Shown here: positions 25,294 through 36,188 of the stretch, piece after piece | Position numbering within the stretch: the first letter of the stretch is position 1 | Layout of the letters: each line of letters begins with the position of its first letter | DNA from: Micromonosporaceae bacterium | GTDB taxonomy: Bacteria; Actinomycetota; Actinomycetes; Mycobacteriales; Micromonosporaceae | Assembly (NCBI GenBank): GCA_045403155.1 | Contig: JAXIPB010000105.1 | Location: 1-52,446 of the forward strand | Direction: 5' to 3' | Length of the DNA: 52,446 nt | Notes under the pieces: model-generated | What the model was told of the DNA's origin: nothing | Databases searched by the model: none | What the model saw: only the letters and a program-made list of their open reading frames with translations | Program-made: the position numbers and the translations under genes

Positions 25294-26637
25294 ATGAGCG
25301 ACGACGCCAGCGTGCGTGCGGACGACCGGGCCCACGTATTCCACTCCTGGTCCGCGCAGGGGCTGATCGATCCGATGCCCATCGCGGGCGCCGAGGGCAG
25401 CTACTTCTGGGACTACTCGGGCAAGCGCTACCTGGACTTCGCCTCGCAGCTGGTCAACGTCAACATCGGCCACCAGCATCCCCGGCTGGTCGAGGCGATC
25501 CGGGAACAGGCGGCAAAGCTCTGCACCGTCGCGCCGAGCTTCGCCAACGACAAGCGCGGCGAGGCCGCCCGCCTCATCGCCGAGCTGGCGCCCGGCGACC
25601 TCAACAGGGTCTTCTTCACCAACGGTGGCGCTGAGGCGAACGAGAACGCGGTACGGCTGGCGCGCCTGCACACGGGGAGACACAAGGTGCTCTCCACCTA
25701 CCGCAGCTACCACGGCGCGACGACGACCACGATCACCGCGACCGGTGACCCGAGGCGGTGGGCGAACGAGCCGACCGCTGTGGGCATTGTCCACTTCTGG
25801 GGCCCGTACCCCTATCGCTCGGCGTTCCACGCAAAGGATGAGGCGCAGGAGAGCGAGCGGGCCCTGGAGCACCTGCGGGACACGATCGTCTTTGAGGGGC
25901 CGACGACCATCGCCGCCGTCCTGCTGGAGACCGTGGTCGGTACGAACGGGATTCTGGTGCCGCCGCCGGGCTACCTCGAAGGGGTCCGCGCGATCTGCGA
26001 CGAGTTCGGCATCATGCTCATCGCCGACGAGGTCATGGCCGGCTTTGGCCGCTGCGGGGAGTGGTTCGCGGTTGACCGGTGGGGGGTCGTGCCCGATCTG
26101 ATCACCTTCGCCAAGGGCGTCAACTCGGGCTACTTGCCGCTCGGTGGCGTGGTCATCTCAGATCCCATCGCGGATACCTTCCGCGAACGGGTCTTCCCGG
26201 GTGGGCTCACGTACTCCGGTCACCCGCTGGCCTGCGCGTCCGCGGTTGCGTCGATTCAGATCTTCAAGGAGGAGGGGATCATCGAGCACGCCCGGTCGCT
26301 GGGCGAGGACGTCATCGGCCCAGCGCTGCGTGACCTGGCCGAAAGGCACCCCAGCGTCGGGGAGGTACGCGGGTTGGGCGTGTTCTGGGCGCTGGAGCTC
26401 GTGCGGGACCGGTCGACCCGGGAGCCGCTCGTTCCGTACAACGCGTCCGGTCCGAGTTCCGCGCCGATGAACGAGTTCGCCGCCGCGTGTAAGGAGCGCG
26501 GGTTGTGGCCGTTCACGCACTTCAACCGTACGCACGTCGTGCCCCCATGCACGGCGACGGCCGACGAGGTGCGGGAGGGCGTCGCTATCCTCGACGAGGC
26601 CCTTTTGGTCACAGACCGTTACCACACCGGCGCCTGA
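25294..26637 (+). CDS. class-III PLP-dependent aminotransferase (omega-amino acid:pyruvate / beta-alanine-pyruvate type)
   Basis: AT-III fold: [12 protein letters not shown] and [20 protein letters not shown]-lysine context is consistent with omega-transaminases. Adjacent to mmsA. Confidence 0.9.
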   Translation: MSDDASVRADDRAHVFHSWSAQGLIDPMPIAGAEGSYFWDYSGKRYLDFASQLVNVNIGHQHPRLVEAIREQAAKLCTVAPSFANDKRGEAARLIAELAPGDLNRVFFTNGGAEANENAVRLARLHTGRHKVLSTYRSYHGATTTTITATGDPRRWANEPTAVGIVHFWGPYPYRSAFHAKDEAQESERALEHLRDTIVFEGPTTIAAVLLETVVGTNGILVPPPGYLEGVRAICDEFGIMLIADEVMAGFGRCGEWFAVDRWGVVPDLITFAKGVNSGYLPLGGVVISDPIADTFRERVFPGGLTYSGHPLACASAVASIQIFKEEGIIEHARSLGEDVIGPALRDLAERHPSVGEVRGLGVFWALELVRDRSTREPLVPYNASGPSSAPMNEFAAACKERGLWPFTHFNRTHVVPPCTATADEVREGVAILDEALLVTDRYHTGA

Positions 26638-26843
26638 CTTGGATAGCCTTGGCGGCTTCTGCTCGCCTTCGAGCACACGACGTGAGCGTGAGGCCATCCT
26701 TGATCGGCGCATCCACCTCCCAAACGCGAGGGAATCCGTTGCAGACGGGTAAAACAGCCACGGAATCCCTTGTCAGGCGCGCCCACGTTTGGCAAAGTCC
26801 TCGACACGAGCCACGTTCGACCGTCAGTTTCCGGAGGCCCTTG

Positions 26844-28313
26844 TTGACCGCTGCCCTGCCCCGCCTGCGCAACCTCGTCAACGGCTTGCAGGTCGACGCC
26901 AAGGACGGTGTCACCTCGCCGGTCGTTGATCCGGCCACGGGCGAGACGTACGCGCTGGCGCCGGTGTCGGGCGCGGTGGATGTCGACGCGGCGATGGCGG
27001 CCGCGGCGCTCGCCTTCGAGGGCTGGCGGGACGCGACGCCCAACGAGCGACAGCGGGCCCTGCTGAGGATGGCCGATGCGATCGAGGCCCGAGCTGACGA
27101 GATCGTGCGCGCGGAGTGCCGCAACACCGGCAAGCCGGTCGCTCTGACGATGCAGGCGGAGATGGGCGCGCTCGTCGATGAACTGCGGTTCTTCGCGGGC
27201 GCCGCCCGCCTGCTGGAGGGCAAGTCGGCCGCAGAGTACATGCGCGATCACACTTCGTGGGTTCGGCGGGAGCCGATCGGGGTGTGCGCGCAGGTGACGC
27301 CCTGGAACTACCCGATGGTGATGGCGGTGTGGAAGTTCGCCCCGGCGATCGCGGCCGGCAACACGGTGGTGCTCAAACCGTCCGACACCACGCCTGTGAC
27401 GACGCTGATGCTGGCCGAGATAGCAACCGAGTTCCTGCCACCCGGGGTGCTCAATGTCGTCTGTGGCGATCGGGTCACCGGCCGCAGCCTGATTTCGCAC
27501 GCCACGCCGCAGTTGGTGTCGATCACCGGATCGACCCGGGCCGGCATGGAGGTCGCGGCCGCGGCGGCGAACGACCTCAAGCGGGTGCACCTGGAGTTGG
27601 GAGGCAAGGCGCCTGTCGTCGTCTTCGATGATGTCGACATCGCGACGGCAGCCGCGGGCATCGCCAGCGCGGGCTACATCAACGCCGGCCAGGACTGCAC
27701 CGCCGCGACCCGCGTCCTCGTGAACGAGCGGATCGCGGGCGACTTCACGGCGGCGCTCGCCGACGCGGCCCGCGGCACTCGAGTCGGCGGACCGGACGAC
27801 CCCGAGGCCTTCTTCGGACCGGTGAACAACTCGAATCAGCTCGACCGTGTGCAGGGCTTCCTGCGACGCGCGCCCGAGCACGCCGAGGTGGTCGCTGGTG
27901 GTGGGCGGATCGGCGAACGCGGATACTTCATCGAACCCACCGTCGTCTCCGGCCTGCGCCAGGACGACGAGTTGGTGCAGGATGAGGTGTTTGGACCGGT
28001 GATCACCATTCAGCGGTTCAGTGACGAGGATCAGGCGGTGCGGTGGGCGAACGACATCCGTTATGGCCTAGCGGCGAGCGTTTGGACCCGCGACCATGGA
28101 CGCGCCATGCGAGTGTCGCGACGGCTAGACTTCGGCGCCGTCTGGATCAACACCCACATACCGTTTGTGTCCGAGATGCCACACGGCGGCTTTGGCCAGT
28201 CAGGGTACGGTAAGGACCTGTCCGTGTACGGGTTTGAGGAGTATACCCGAATAAAGCATGTTATGAGCTATTACGGTCCGGCCGGCGGCGCGGCCGAACA
28301 GAACGGCGGATGA
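26844..28313 (+). CDS. NAD-dependent aminoaldehyde dehydrogenase (gamma-aminobutyraldehyde / betaine-aldehyde DH-like)
   Basis: ALDH motifs ([30 protein letters not shown]; ELGGKAP; catalytic Cys in GQDCTAATR). TTG start after GGAGG. The 5' 110 codons of ORF 26505 are non-coding leader. Confidence 0.85.
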   Translation: MTAALPRLRNLVNGLQVDAKDGVTSPVVDPATGETYALAPVSGAVDVDAAMAAAALAFEGWRDATPNERQRALLRMADAIEARADEIVRAECRNTGKPVALTMQAEMGALVDELRFFAGAARLLEGKSAAEYMRDHTSWVRREPIGVCAQVTPWNYPMVMAVWKFAPAIAAGNTVVLKPSDTTPVTTLMLAEIATEFLPPGVLNVVCGDRVTGRSLISHATPQLVSITGSTRAGMEVAAAAANDLKRVHLELGGKAPVVVFDDVDIATAAAGIASAGYINAGQDCTAATRVLVNERIAGDFTAALADAARGTRVGGPDDPEAFFGPVNNSNQLDRVQGFLRRAPEHAEVVAGGGRIGERGYFIEPTVVSGLRQDDELVQDEVFGPVITIQRFSDEDQAVRWANDIRYGLAASVWTRDHGRAMRVSRRLDFGAVWINTHIPFVSEMPHGGFGQSGYGKDLSVYGFEEYTRIKHVMSYYGPAGGAAEQNGG

Positions 28314-29479
28314 GGGGTTCGATGACTGCGACGATGAACACGCATGCGGGGCAGCCCACCGGCCCGAATCAATCGGAGACGCCGGCGATCGAACTCGTCG
28401 GCGTGGCCAAGGAGTACCACTCGCACGGCGATATCGTCGTCGCGGTTTCAGACGTTGATCTGGCGATCGCCGAGGGCGAGTTCTTCTCCCTGCTCGGCCC
28501 TTCCGGATGCGGCAAGACCACCACTATGCGGATGATCGCCGGGTTCGAGGATGCGACCCGCGGCGCGGTATTCCTACACGGCGTCGATGTGACCGGCGTC
28601 GCCCCGAATAAACGTGACGTCAACATGGTGTTTCAGTCCTATGCGCTGTTCCCGCACATGACCGTGTTCGAGAACGTGGCCTTTGGACTCAAGCGGAGGG
28701 GCGTGGCGGCGGCGGAGATCCGGCAACGGGTCGCCGACATGCTCACGATCGTGGACCTCACCGGTCGGGAGAAGCGCCAGCCACGTGAGCTCTCCGGCGG
28801 CCAGCAACAGCGGGTGGCGTTAGCCCGGGCCCTGGTCAACCGGCCCCGGGCGCTGCTGCTGGACGAGCCGCTCGGGGCACTCGACCTCAAGCTGCGCCAG
28901 CATATGCAGGTCGAACTGAAGCAAATCCAGCGCGAGGTGGGCGTGACCTTCGTCTACGTCACGCACGACCAGAACGAGGCGCTCACGATGTCCGACCGCA
29001 TCGCCGTCATGAATGACGGTGCGATCGAGCATCTCGGAACCCCGCGCGAGATCTACGAGCACCCGGCGACGAAGTTCGTCGCCGGATTCATCGGCACCTC
29101 GAACCTCCTGCGTGGGTCGATCACCACCGTCGACAATGGACGGGCCATCATCGCAGTCGGCGCCGGCGAGCGGATCATCGTTCCGTTGCGCGCCAACGGC
29201 GTGCACACTGGCGAGACCCTCGAGCTCACCGTCCGCCCCGAAAAGATAGACATCACGACGGCCGAGCCGGCTCCGGGCGACCGAAGTGTCGTGCGCGGGG
29301 TTGTCACCGAGGTCGTGTACCTCGGCACCTCCACGAATTACAACGTACAGACGTCGGCCGGCTCGGAGGTCGTCGTCTTTGACCAGAACGCGTCCAACGC
29401 CGATTTCGTCGCGGTTCGTGGCGACCATGTCTTCCTCTCCTGGAATCCCCAGCACTCGTACGCGATTGGAGACCAATGA
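28310..29479 (+). CDS. potA: spermidine/putrescine ABC transporter ATP-binding protein
   Basis: Walker [10 protein letters not shown], signature LSGGQQQR, and a C-terminal TOBE domain. ATGA overlap with the ALDH stop. Confidence 0.9.
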   Translation: MRGSMTATMNTHAGQPTGPNQSETPAIELVGVAKEYHSHGDIVVAVSDVDLAIAEGEFFSLLGPSGCGKTTTMRMIAGFEDATRGAVFLHGVDVTGVAPNKRDVNMVFQSYALFPHMTVFENVAFGLKRRGVAAAEIRQRVADMLTIVDLTGREKRQPRELSGGQQQRVALARALVNRPRALLLDEPLGALDLKLRQHMQVELKQIQREVGVTFVYVTHDQNEALTMSDRIAVMNDGAIEHLGTPREIYEHPATKFVAGFIGTSNLLRGSITTVDNGRAIIAVGAGERIIVPLRANGVHTGETLELTVRPEKIDITTAEPAPGDRSVVRGVVTEVVYLGTSTNYNVQTSAGSEVVVFDQNASNADFVAVRGDHVFLSWNPQHSYAIGDQ

Positions 29480-30729
29480 ACGAGCCGACGAATTTCGACC
29501 CGACATTGTTTCGGGGCATGACGCAGCGGCGCCTGAGCCGGCGCGACGCGATGCGAATCTCGGGGCTATCCGCCGCGGCTCTCGCGCTAGCCGCGTGCGG
29601 CGTGAAGGGCCAGGGAAACACGGCACCGACCGCCCCCGCCGAGGACCAGATCGCGAAGTACTGGGCCGGCAAGACCAAGAACGGCAAGGTCGACTTCGCG
29701 AACTGGCCGCTCTACATGGACCCAAAGCAGCCCGAGCTGAAGAAGTTCACGCAGGAGACCGGCATCAAGGTCACCTACCAGGAGGTCATCGAAGAGATGG
29801 GTCCATGGTTTGCCAGGACCCAGCCTCAGCTTTCCGCCGGGCAGTCCATCGGGTTCGACCTGATGGTCATCACGAATGGCATTCAGTTCAAGAAGTACGT
29901 CCAGTCCAACCTGCTCGCTCCGCTGGACCCGTCGAAGCTCACCAACTACAAGGCCAACGCTGCTGCGTCGTACAAGACGTCTTCCTATGATCCGGCCAAC
30001 GCCTACAGCACGCCGTGGGCGTCCGGCGTGACCGGCATCGCCTACGACCCCGCGAAGGTGAAGACGCCACTCACCAAGCTGGCCGACCTGTGGAAGCCCG
30101 AATTCAAGGGCAAGGTCGGCATGTTCTCCGACACGTCGGAGCTTGGCAACTTCGGCATGATGGTGAACGGCGTCGATCCGGCGAAGTCCACTCCCGACGA
30201 TTGGCAGAAGGCAGCGAGCAAGCTCGAGGAGCAGAAGGACGCCGGCATCGTTCGCAAGTACTACGACCAGAGCTACATCGATGCGCTCGGCGCCGGCGAG
30301 GTCTGGATTACGCAGGCCTGGTCCGGCGACGTCTTCCAGAAGAACGTCTCCGACGGCACGAACTTCCAGTTCGTGATTCCGGAGGAGGGCGGCACGATCT
30401 GGACCGACAACATGGCGATCCCGATCACGGCGGTCAATCCGGTCGACGCCATCACACTGATGGACTTTTTCTTCCGGATCGATATCGCGGCGACGCTGGC
30501 CGAGTACATCAACTACATCACGCCGGTGCCGGAGGCCCAGCGGGTCATCAAGGAGCACGCGGCGGCGGCCAGCGGCGAGGACAAGGACTTCCTGAACTCC
30601 GTCGCTGATAGCCCGCTGGTCTTCCCGACCGCCGCCGACTACTCGAAGCTGCACTACTACCGCGACTTCGCGAGCGCGGCTGAGGAACAGCAGTACCAGT
30701 CGATCTTCGAGCCGATCGTCCTGGGCTGA
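29476..30729 (+). CDS. potD: polyamine ABC transporter substrate-binding protein (PotD/PotF family) with Tat/lipoprotein-type signal
   Basis: RR-containing signal (RRLSRRDAMRISGLSAAALALAACG). PotD/F-like periplasmic binding fold. Confidence 0.9.
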   Translation: MNEPTNFDPTLFRGMTQRRLSRRDAMRISGLSAAALALAACGVKGQGNTAPTAPAEDQIAKYWAGKTKNGKVDFANWPLYMDPKQPELKKFTQETGIKVTYQEVIEEMGPWFARTQPQLSAGQSIGFDLMVITNGIQFKKYVQSNLLAPLDPSKLTNYKANAAASYKTSSYDPANAYSTPWASGVTGIAYDPAKVKTPLTKLADLWKPEFKGKVGMFSDTSELGNFGMMVNGVDPAKSTPDDWQKAASKLEEQKDAGIVRKYYDQSYIDALGAGEVWITQAWSGDVFQKNVSDGTNFQFVIPEEGGTIWTDNMAIPITAVNPVDAITLMDFFFRIDIAATLAEYINYITPVPEAQRVIKEHAAAASGEDKDFLNSVADSPLVFPTAADYSKLHYYRDFASAAEEQQYQSIFEPIVLG

Positions 30730-30785
30730 CGCATTCCAATGCACGACCCCGCTCACCAATCCGACCGCGAAGAGAGGAGCAACCC

Positions 30786-31640
30786 GTGAGTCGCCGGCTC
30801 GCGCCGTACTTGCTCATCCTGCCGGGTGGCCTCTGGCTGCTCCTCTTCTTCGTGGTTCCGATGGTGGCGATGCTGTCGCTCTCGCTGCAGCAGGGGGATG
30901 TGGTCTCCGGCTACCAACTGACCTGGCACTGGCAGACCTACGTGGACGGGATCAACAACTACCAGACGCAGATCATTAGATCGCTCTGGTACGGCTTCAT
31001 CACCACGGTGCTCCAGATCGTGCTGGCTTTCCCAATTGCGTATTGGATCGCCTTCCGCGGCGGCCGCAACAAGTCCGTCTACCTGTTCCTGATCCTACTT
31101 CCGTTCTTTGTTTCGTTCGTGCTGCGCACCATCTCATGGAAATTCATCCTCACCGACGAGAGCTTCGTCCTGGCGCCCCTGAAGGATCTCGGCATCCTGT
31201 CGCAGGACTTCCATATCCTCGGCACCGCGCCGGCGGTCATCGGCGGACTGACCTATAACTTCCTTCCGTTCATGATCCTGCCTATCTACGTAGCGCTCGA
31301 GCGGATCGACCCACGGGTGGTGGAGGCGGCCCGAGACCTCTACGCAAGCCCGGTGCAGACATTCCGCAAGGTCATCTTCCCGCTCGCGCTGCCCGGCGTC
31401 TTTGCCGGTGTGCTCATGACCTTCGTCCCGGCGAGCTCGGATTACATCAATTCTGAGATTCTTGGGAGCTCCAGCACGACGATGATCGGTCAGGTCATCC
31501 AGGCGCAGTACCTGCGAAGCCAGAACTATCCGACGGCGGCGGCGCTGTCGTTCGCTCTGATGGCGATCCTGCTGGTCGGGATCTTCACCTACGCCCGGGC
31601 GCTCGGCACCGAGGACGTCCTCAAGGTGGCTGCCCGATGA
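30786..31640 (+). CDS. potB: polyamine ABC transporter permease
   Basis: Six TM helices with the EAA loop (ALERIDPRVVEAARDLYASP). Confidence 0.9.
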   Translation: MSRRLAPYLLILPGGLWLLLFFVVPMVAMLSLSLQQGDVVSGYQLTWHWQTYVDGINNYQTQIIRSLWYGFITTVLQIVLAFPIAYWIAFRGGRNKSVYLFLILLPFFVSFVLRTISWKFILTDESFVLAPLKDLGILSQDFHILGTAPAVIGGLTYNFLPFMILPIYVALERIDPRVVEAARDLYASPVQTFRKVIFPLALPGVFAGVLMTFVPASSDYINSEILGSSSTTMIGQVIQAQYLRSQNYPTAAALSFALMAILLVGIFTYARALGTEDVLKVAAR

Positions 31641-32488
31641 CGACGACCCTGAGCGCCCCGACTCGCGCCGACGTGGAGCCGACGACCCGCCGTCGACGTC
31701 GCCGCCTCGGCGACCGCCTGCTCTTCGCGTACACCTGGCTTATCATTCTGTGGCTCTGCTTGCCGATCGCGGTAATGATCCTGTTTGGATTCAACGACAC
31801 TCAGGGCCGCTACAACACGACGTTCCAGGGGCTCACACTCAAGTGGTACGGCCGGCTCTTCGAGATCCCGGCGCTCACCGATGCGCTCGCCAACTCGCTG
31901 ATCATCGCCGTGCTGAATACGCTCATCGCGGGCACACTGGGAACCCTCGTCGGGCTCGCGCTTGGTCGGTATCGCTTCCGCGGCGACGGTACGACGAACC
32001 TGGTCATGTTCGCGGTGATCTCGGCGCCCGAACTCGTGATGGGCGCCTCGCTGCTCTCGCTCTTCGTGGCCTCCGGCGTTGGGCTCGGCCTTCCTACGAT
32101 TCTCATTGCGCATGTCATGTTCTCGATCTCGTTCGTGGCAGTGGTGGTCCGGTCCCGGGTTCTGACGCTTGACCGTTACATCGAGGAAGCTGCCCGTGAT
32201 CTCGGTGCCGGCCCATGGACAGCATTCCGACTCGTGACCTTTCCCATGATTTTCCCGGCGGTGCTCTCCGGCGGCCTGCTCGCCTTCGTGCTGTCGATCG
32301 ATGACTTCGTAATCACCAACTTCACCGCCGGCACCACCCAGACCTTCCCGCTCTGGATCTATGGCGCTACCCGGGTCGGCCTTCCGCCGCAGGTCAACGT
32401 CATGGGCACGTTGATCTTCGCGGTCGGCCTACTCATCGCGGCCGGCAACGTCATCGCCAGCCGGCGCCGGCCGAGCACGACGAGGTAG
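31637..32488 (+). CDS. potC: polyamine ABC transporter permease
   Basis: Six TM helices with the EAA loop (DRYIEEAARDLGAGP). ATGA overlap with potB. Confidence 0.9.
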   Translation: MTTTLSAPTRADVEPTTRRRRRRLGDRLLFAYTWLIILWLCLPIAVMILFGFNDTQGRYNTTFQGLTLKWYGRLFEIPALTDALANSLIIAVLNTLIAGTLGTLVGLALGRYRFRGDGTTNLVMFAVISAPELVMGASLLSLFVASGVGLGLPTILIAHVMFSISFVAVVVRSRVLTLDRYIEEAARDLGAGPWTAFRLVTFPMIFPAVLSGGLLAFVLSIDDFVITNFTAGTTQTFPLWIYGATRVGLPPQVNVMGTLIFAVGLLIAAGNVIASRRRPSTTR

Positions 32489-32499
32489 CCGGCCGGACC

Positions 32500-33924
32500 A
32501 TGGGCAGCATCCTGCCGCGGGTCGGCGCGGCCGCGATCCATCGTGCGCTGGCCGATGCGGCTCCTCGCGTCTATTGGCTCGACCAGGCGGCGGCGCCCGA
32601 GCCACGTCCGACGTTGGCGGCGGCCGAGTCGGCGGACCTTGCCGTAGTTGGCGGCGGATTCAGCGGCCTCTGGACCGCGCTGATCGCGAAGGAACGGGAC
32701 CCGTCCCTCGATGTCGTGTTGCTCGAATCCCGGACCGTCGGCTGGGCCGCCTCCGGGCGCAACGGTGGCTTCTGTGCTTCGAGCGTCACCCACGGCCTCG
32801 CCAACGGGTTGGCGCGCTTTCCCGACGAGATCGCGGAACTGGACCGGCTGGGTCGGGAGAACCTCGATGAGATCGAGGCTGCGGTCGGCCGGTACGGCAT
32901 CGACTGCTCCTTCGAGCGGACGGGCGAGCTGAGCGTCGCGACCGCTCCGTGGCAGCTCGATGACCTGGTCGAACATCACGCGGCGGCGAGGCGGCTGGGC
33001 CATGAACTCGACCTGCTCGACGCCTCCGCGGTGCAGGCCGAGGTGAAGTCGCCCACCTACGTCGGGGGTATGTGGGACCGCGACGGCTGCGCCATGGTCG
33101 ATCCGGCCCGTCTCGCGTGGGGGCTTCGCGAGGCCTGCCTGCGGTTGGGGGTACGCATCTATGAGGGCACGCCGGTTCTGCGCGTCGACGGCTCCGGGGC
33201 GCGGCTGGTGTTGCACACCGGGCGGGGCGCGGTGGCCGCCGGACGGGTGGCGCTGGGCACTGGCGCGCACTCGAGCCTGCTTCGCCGCTTGCGCCAGTAC
33301 GTGGTTCCCGTCTACGACTACGCGCTGATGACGCAGCCGCTCTCGTCCGCGCAGCTCGAATCGATCGGCTGGTGCAATCGCCAAGGCGTCGGCGACGCGT
33401 CCAACATGTTCCACTACTACCGGCTCACCGACGACAACCGCGTGCTCTGGGGCGGGTACGACGCTGTCTATTACAACGGCGGTCGGATCGCGCCCGAGAG
33501 GGACCAGCGGCCGAAGACGTTCCAGGTCCTTGCTCGGAACTTCTTCACGACGTTCCCCAATTTGGCCGACGTGCGCTTCACACATCGGTGGGGCGGCGTC
33601 ATCGATACGTGTAGCCGGTTCTGCGCCTTCTACGGCCGCGCCTATCGTGGGCGGCTCGCCTATGCCGTGGGCTATACCGGCCTGGGCGTCGGCGCGACGC
33701 GGTTCGGCGCGCAGGTGATGCTCGATCTGCTCTCCGGTGAGCAAACTCCGTTGACACGCCTGCGGATGGTGCGCACGAAGCCGCTACCGTTTCCGCCCGA
33801 ACCGGTGCGTTCCGCTATCATCCAGCTCACCCGCTGGTCGATCGCGCAGGCCGATCACCACGACGGCCGGCGCAACCTGTGGCTGCGCACGCTCGACCGC
33901 CTCGGGCTCGGCTTCGACTCATAG
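32500..33924 (+). CDS. FAD-dependent oxidoreductase (DAO family, gamma-glutamylputrescine/amine oxidase-like)
   Basis: N-terminal dinucleotide fold (DLAVVGGGFSGLWTA) and DAO-family architecture. Last gene of the polyamine block. Confidence 0.8.
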   Translation: MGSILPRVGAAAIHRALADAAPRVYWLDQAAAPEPRPTLAAAESADLAVVGGGFSGLWTALIAKERDPSLDVVLLESRTVGWAASGRNGGFCASSVTHGLANGLARFPDEIAELDRLGRENLDEIEAAVGRYGIDCSFERTGELSVATAPWQLDDLVEHHAAARRLGHELDLLDASAVQAEVKSPTYVGGMWDRDGCAMVDPARLAWGLREACLRLGVRIYEGTPVLRVDGSGARLVLHTGRGAVAAGRVALGTGAHSSLLRRLRQYVVPVYDYALMTQPLSSAQLESIGWCNRQGVGDASNMFHYYRLTDDNRVLWGGYDAVYYNGGRIAPERDQRPKTFQVLARNFFTTFPNLADVRFTHRWGGVIDTCSRFCAFYGRAYRGRLAYAVGYTGLGVGATRFGAQVMLDLLSGEQTPLTRLRMVRTKPLPFPPEPVRSAIIQLTRWSIAQADHHDGRRNLWLRTLDRLGLGFDS

Positions 33925-33939
33925 CGCCCCAAGTTCGTC

Positions 33940-34029
33940 GTGATCATGAGATAGCGTCCGTGAAATGGCGCCGATCATGACCTCCAGGTCATGATCGGCG
34001 CGGTTTGAGGACGCTCTCCTCATGATCAC
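33940..34029. mobile_element. MITE-like palindromic element, full-length copy C (11-bp terminal inverted repeats GTGATCATGAG...CTCATGATCAC with an internal 14-bp-stem hairpin)
   Basis: Read directly: gtgatcatgag-N22-CGCCGATCATGACCtccaGGTCATGATCGGCGcggtttgagg-N9-ctcatgatcac. It sits between the convergent FAD oxidoreductase and ABC exporter genes and encodes the last ~13 codons plus the stop of the exporter. Confidence 0.65.
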
Positions 34030-35892
34030 GGCGATCTTTGTGGGCGTCCAGGTAGGCGGCGGCCTGGAGGGTGAAGAGTTCCGCGTAGAGGCCTTCGGCC
34101 GCCATCAGTTCGGCGTGGCTGCCGGACTCGACCACCCGGCCCTCGTCCAGCACATAGATTCGGTCCGCCGACCGCACGCTCGAGAACCGGTGCGAGATGA
34201 AGAGCACCGTTCGCCCGTCCAACAGGGTGCGGATCGTGTCGAAGAGCTCCTGCTCGGCCCGAGGATCGAGCGCCGCGGTCGGCTCGTCGAGGATGACGAA
34301 GGGCGCCTCCCGATAAAAGGCTCGGGCCAGCGCGATGCGCTGCCACTGCCCAACAGAGAGGTCCGTTCCGCGGCGGCCATCCGGCTGGTCCGGGTCGTCC
34401 GGCCCGGCGAACTCCGGACCGAGCATGGTCTCGTATCGATCGGTCAGGGCATCGACAAAGCGGTCCGCGCCGGCGTGTACGGCCGCGGCCCGTACCCCGT
34501 CAAGGTCCTCCACCGCCTCCACTCGACCCAGGCCGATGTTCTCCCTGACCGTGAGGTGAAATCGCTCGAAGTCCTGGAAGATGACCGCGACTTGACGGCG
34601 CAGTTCGTCGGGATCCACTGTGGAGACGTCCGTGCCGTCCCACGCGATCGTTCCGGCCGCCGGCTGGTAGAGGCCGGCGAGCAGCTTGGCCAGGGTGGTC
34701 TTGCCCGACCCGTTCTCACCGACGAGGGCGACGACCTCACCGGCTGAGACCTCCAATGAGACGCCGCGCAGCGCCGGTTCGTCGCCGGTCGGGTAAGTGA
34801 ACGTCACGTTCCGCACGGACAGGCGACGGAAGCGGTCGGGCGCGGCGCCGGTTGGGCGAGCGCGCTCAACCTCGGGGAGCAATGCCGTGAACGCGAGGTA
34901 GTCGTCGACGTACCGCGCCGACTCGGTCAACGCGCCCACCGACCAGCCCGCACTCGCCAGCCGGCCGCCCACGACGGCGATACCAGCCACGGCAATTCCC
35001 GCCGACGCGATGGTGACCGTTCCACGTAGCGCGAGCCAGGCGACGAGGAGCAGGGTCAGGGCCAGGACCGTCCCGATCACGAGATTCGCGCTCAGAGCAA
35101 CGTAGATCTGCCGGCGCGAGATCCGTCGCAGTTCGGCGATCCGTTCCGCGTAGAGCTTGTCGTATCGCCCCCGGAGATAACCGGCGAGACCGAACGCGCG
35201 GACCTCCTTCGCCGCGTTTCGTTCCCGCAGCACGCCGGCGAGGTAGTGGCGCTGCCGGTCGCGTGGGGTCATCTTCCAGAAAAAGTCCCAGAATGCCGCG
35301 CCGCGCTTCGACGCCGCGAGCCACGCCGGCACGATCACCAGCACGAGCAGCGGGAGCAGCACGGGCGCCACCGCCACCACGCCGATGAGCGCGCCGAGGG
35401 CGCCGAAGCCAGCTCCGGCCAGCCCCGATACGCCGTACACCATCTGCAGGGCCTGGTAATCGCCGGCGTTGACGCGCTGGACGCGGTTGTGGAACTCCGG
35501 GTCGTCGAAGGTGGCCAGGTCGACCCGCGCCGTGACATCAAGCACCCGTCCCTGCACGTACCGGGTTACGAGGTCGCCGAGGATCTGTTGGCGTTCGCGC
35601 TGGACGGTTGACGCGAAGGACTGCGCGGCCGCCACCACCGCCATCCCGACGACCCAGGGCAGGCATCGGCGATCGAGCCGCGCTCATTGACCGCGCCGAG
35701 CAGCGCGTCCAGCGCGCCCTTGGCCAGCAGGAGCAGGGCGATGATGCCGACCCCGCCGACGAACTGGAGCGCGGTGGACAGCAGAAGGTCCGCGCGGCCG
35801 GCCGTCCATGCGAGCCGCAGCGCGACCCGTACGAGTCGGGGTAGCTGGCGTAGGCCGACCCGCTGTCGAGGGGCGACCTCCGTCGTCGACAT
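33989..35892 (-). pseudogene. ABC exporter (fused TMD-NBD, MsbA/type-I exporter-like) disrupted by a frameshift near 35655-35672
   Basis: N-terminal TM1-2 lie in ORF 35566..35892 (LRLAWTAGRADLLLSTALQFVGGVGIIALLLL). The rest, with a complete NBD (GENGSGKTT, LSVGQWQRIALARA, ILDEPT), lies in ORF 33989..35644, one nucleotide out of frame. The two frames overlap around GATGCCTGCCCTGG. Confidence 0.6.
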
Positions 35893-36188
35893 GCGACCAG
35901 TCTGCCGTCTACCGTCGATCCTCGGCCAGCGAGTAAGGCGAGCGGAACAAGTCGGCCGGCTGCTGTATCGCTCGCTGCATGGTCAGGCCTGCGTCCCCGG
36001 CAACAGTCGAACAGTCGCCCCGCCAACGCCGCTCTGACCGGGCATCTGTCCAGCAGATGCGATGACCTTGAGGCGACCCTCCGCTAAGCGGCGAATCGGT
36101 CAAAAGCCGCGTCGCGGGGGCTCGGCCGGTGCGAGCGCTCTAGGCTTGGCGTTTGGTTGGATCCTGCTCTTGGTGAGGGAGTGGCATC

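Noticed and set aside
24013-25872. 619-aa minus-strand ORF
   Set aside because: Antisense to mmsA and the aminotransferase. Arg/Gly/Asp-rich, low-complexity translation.
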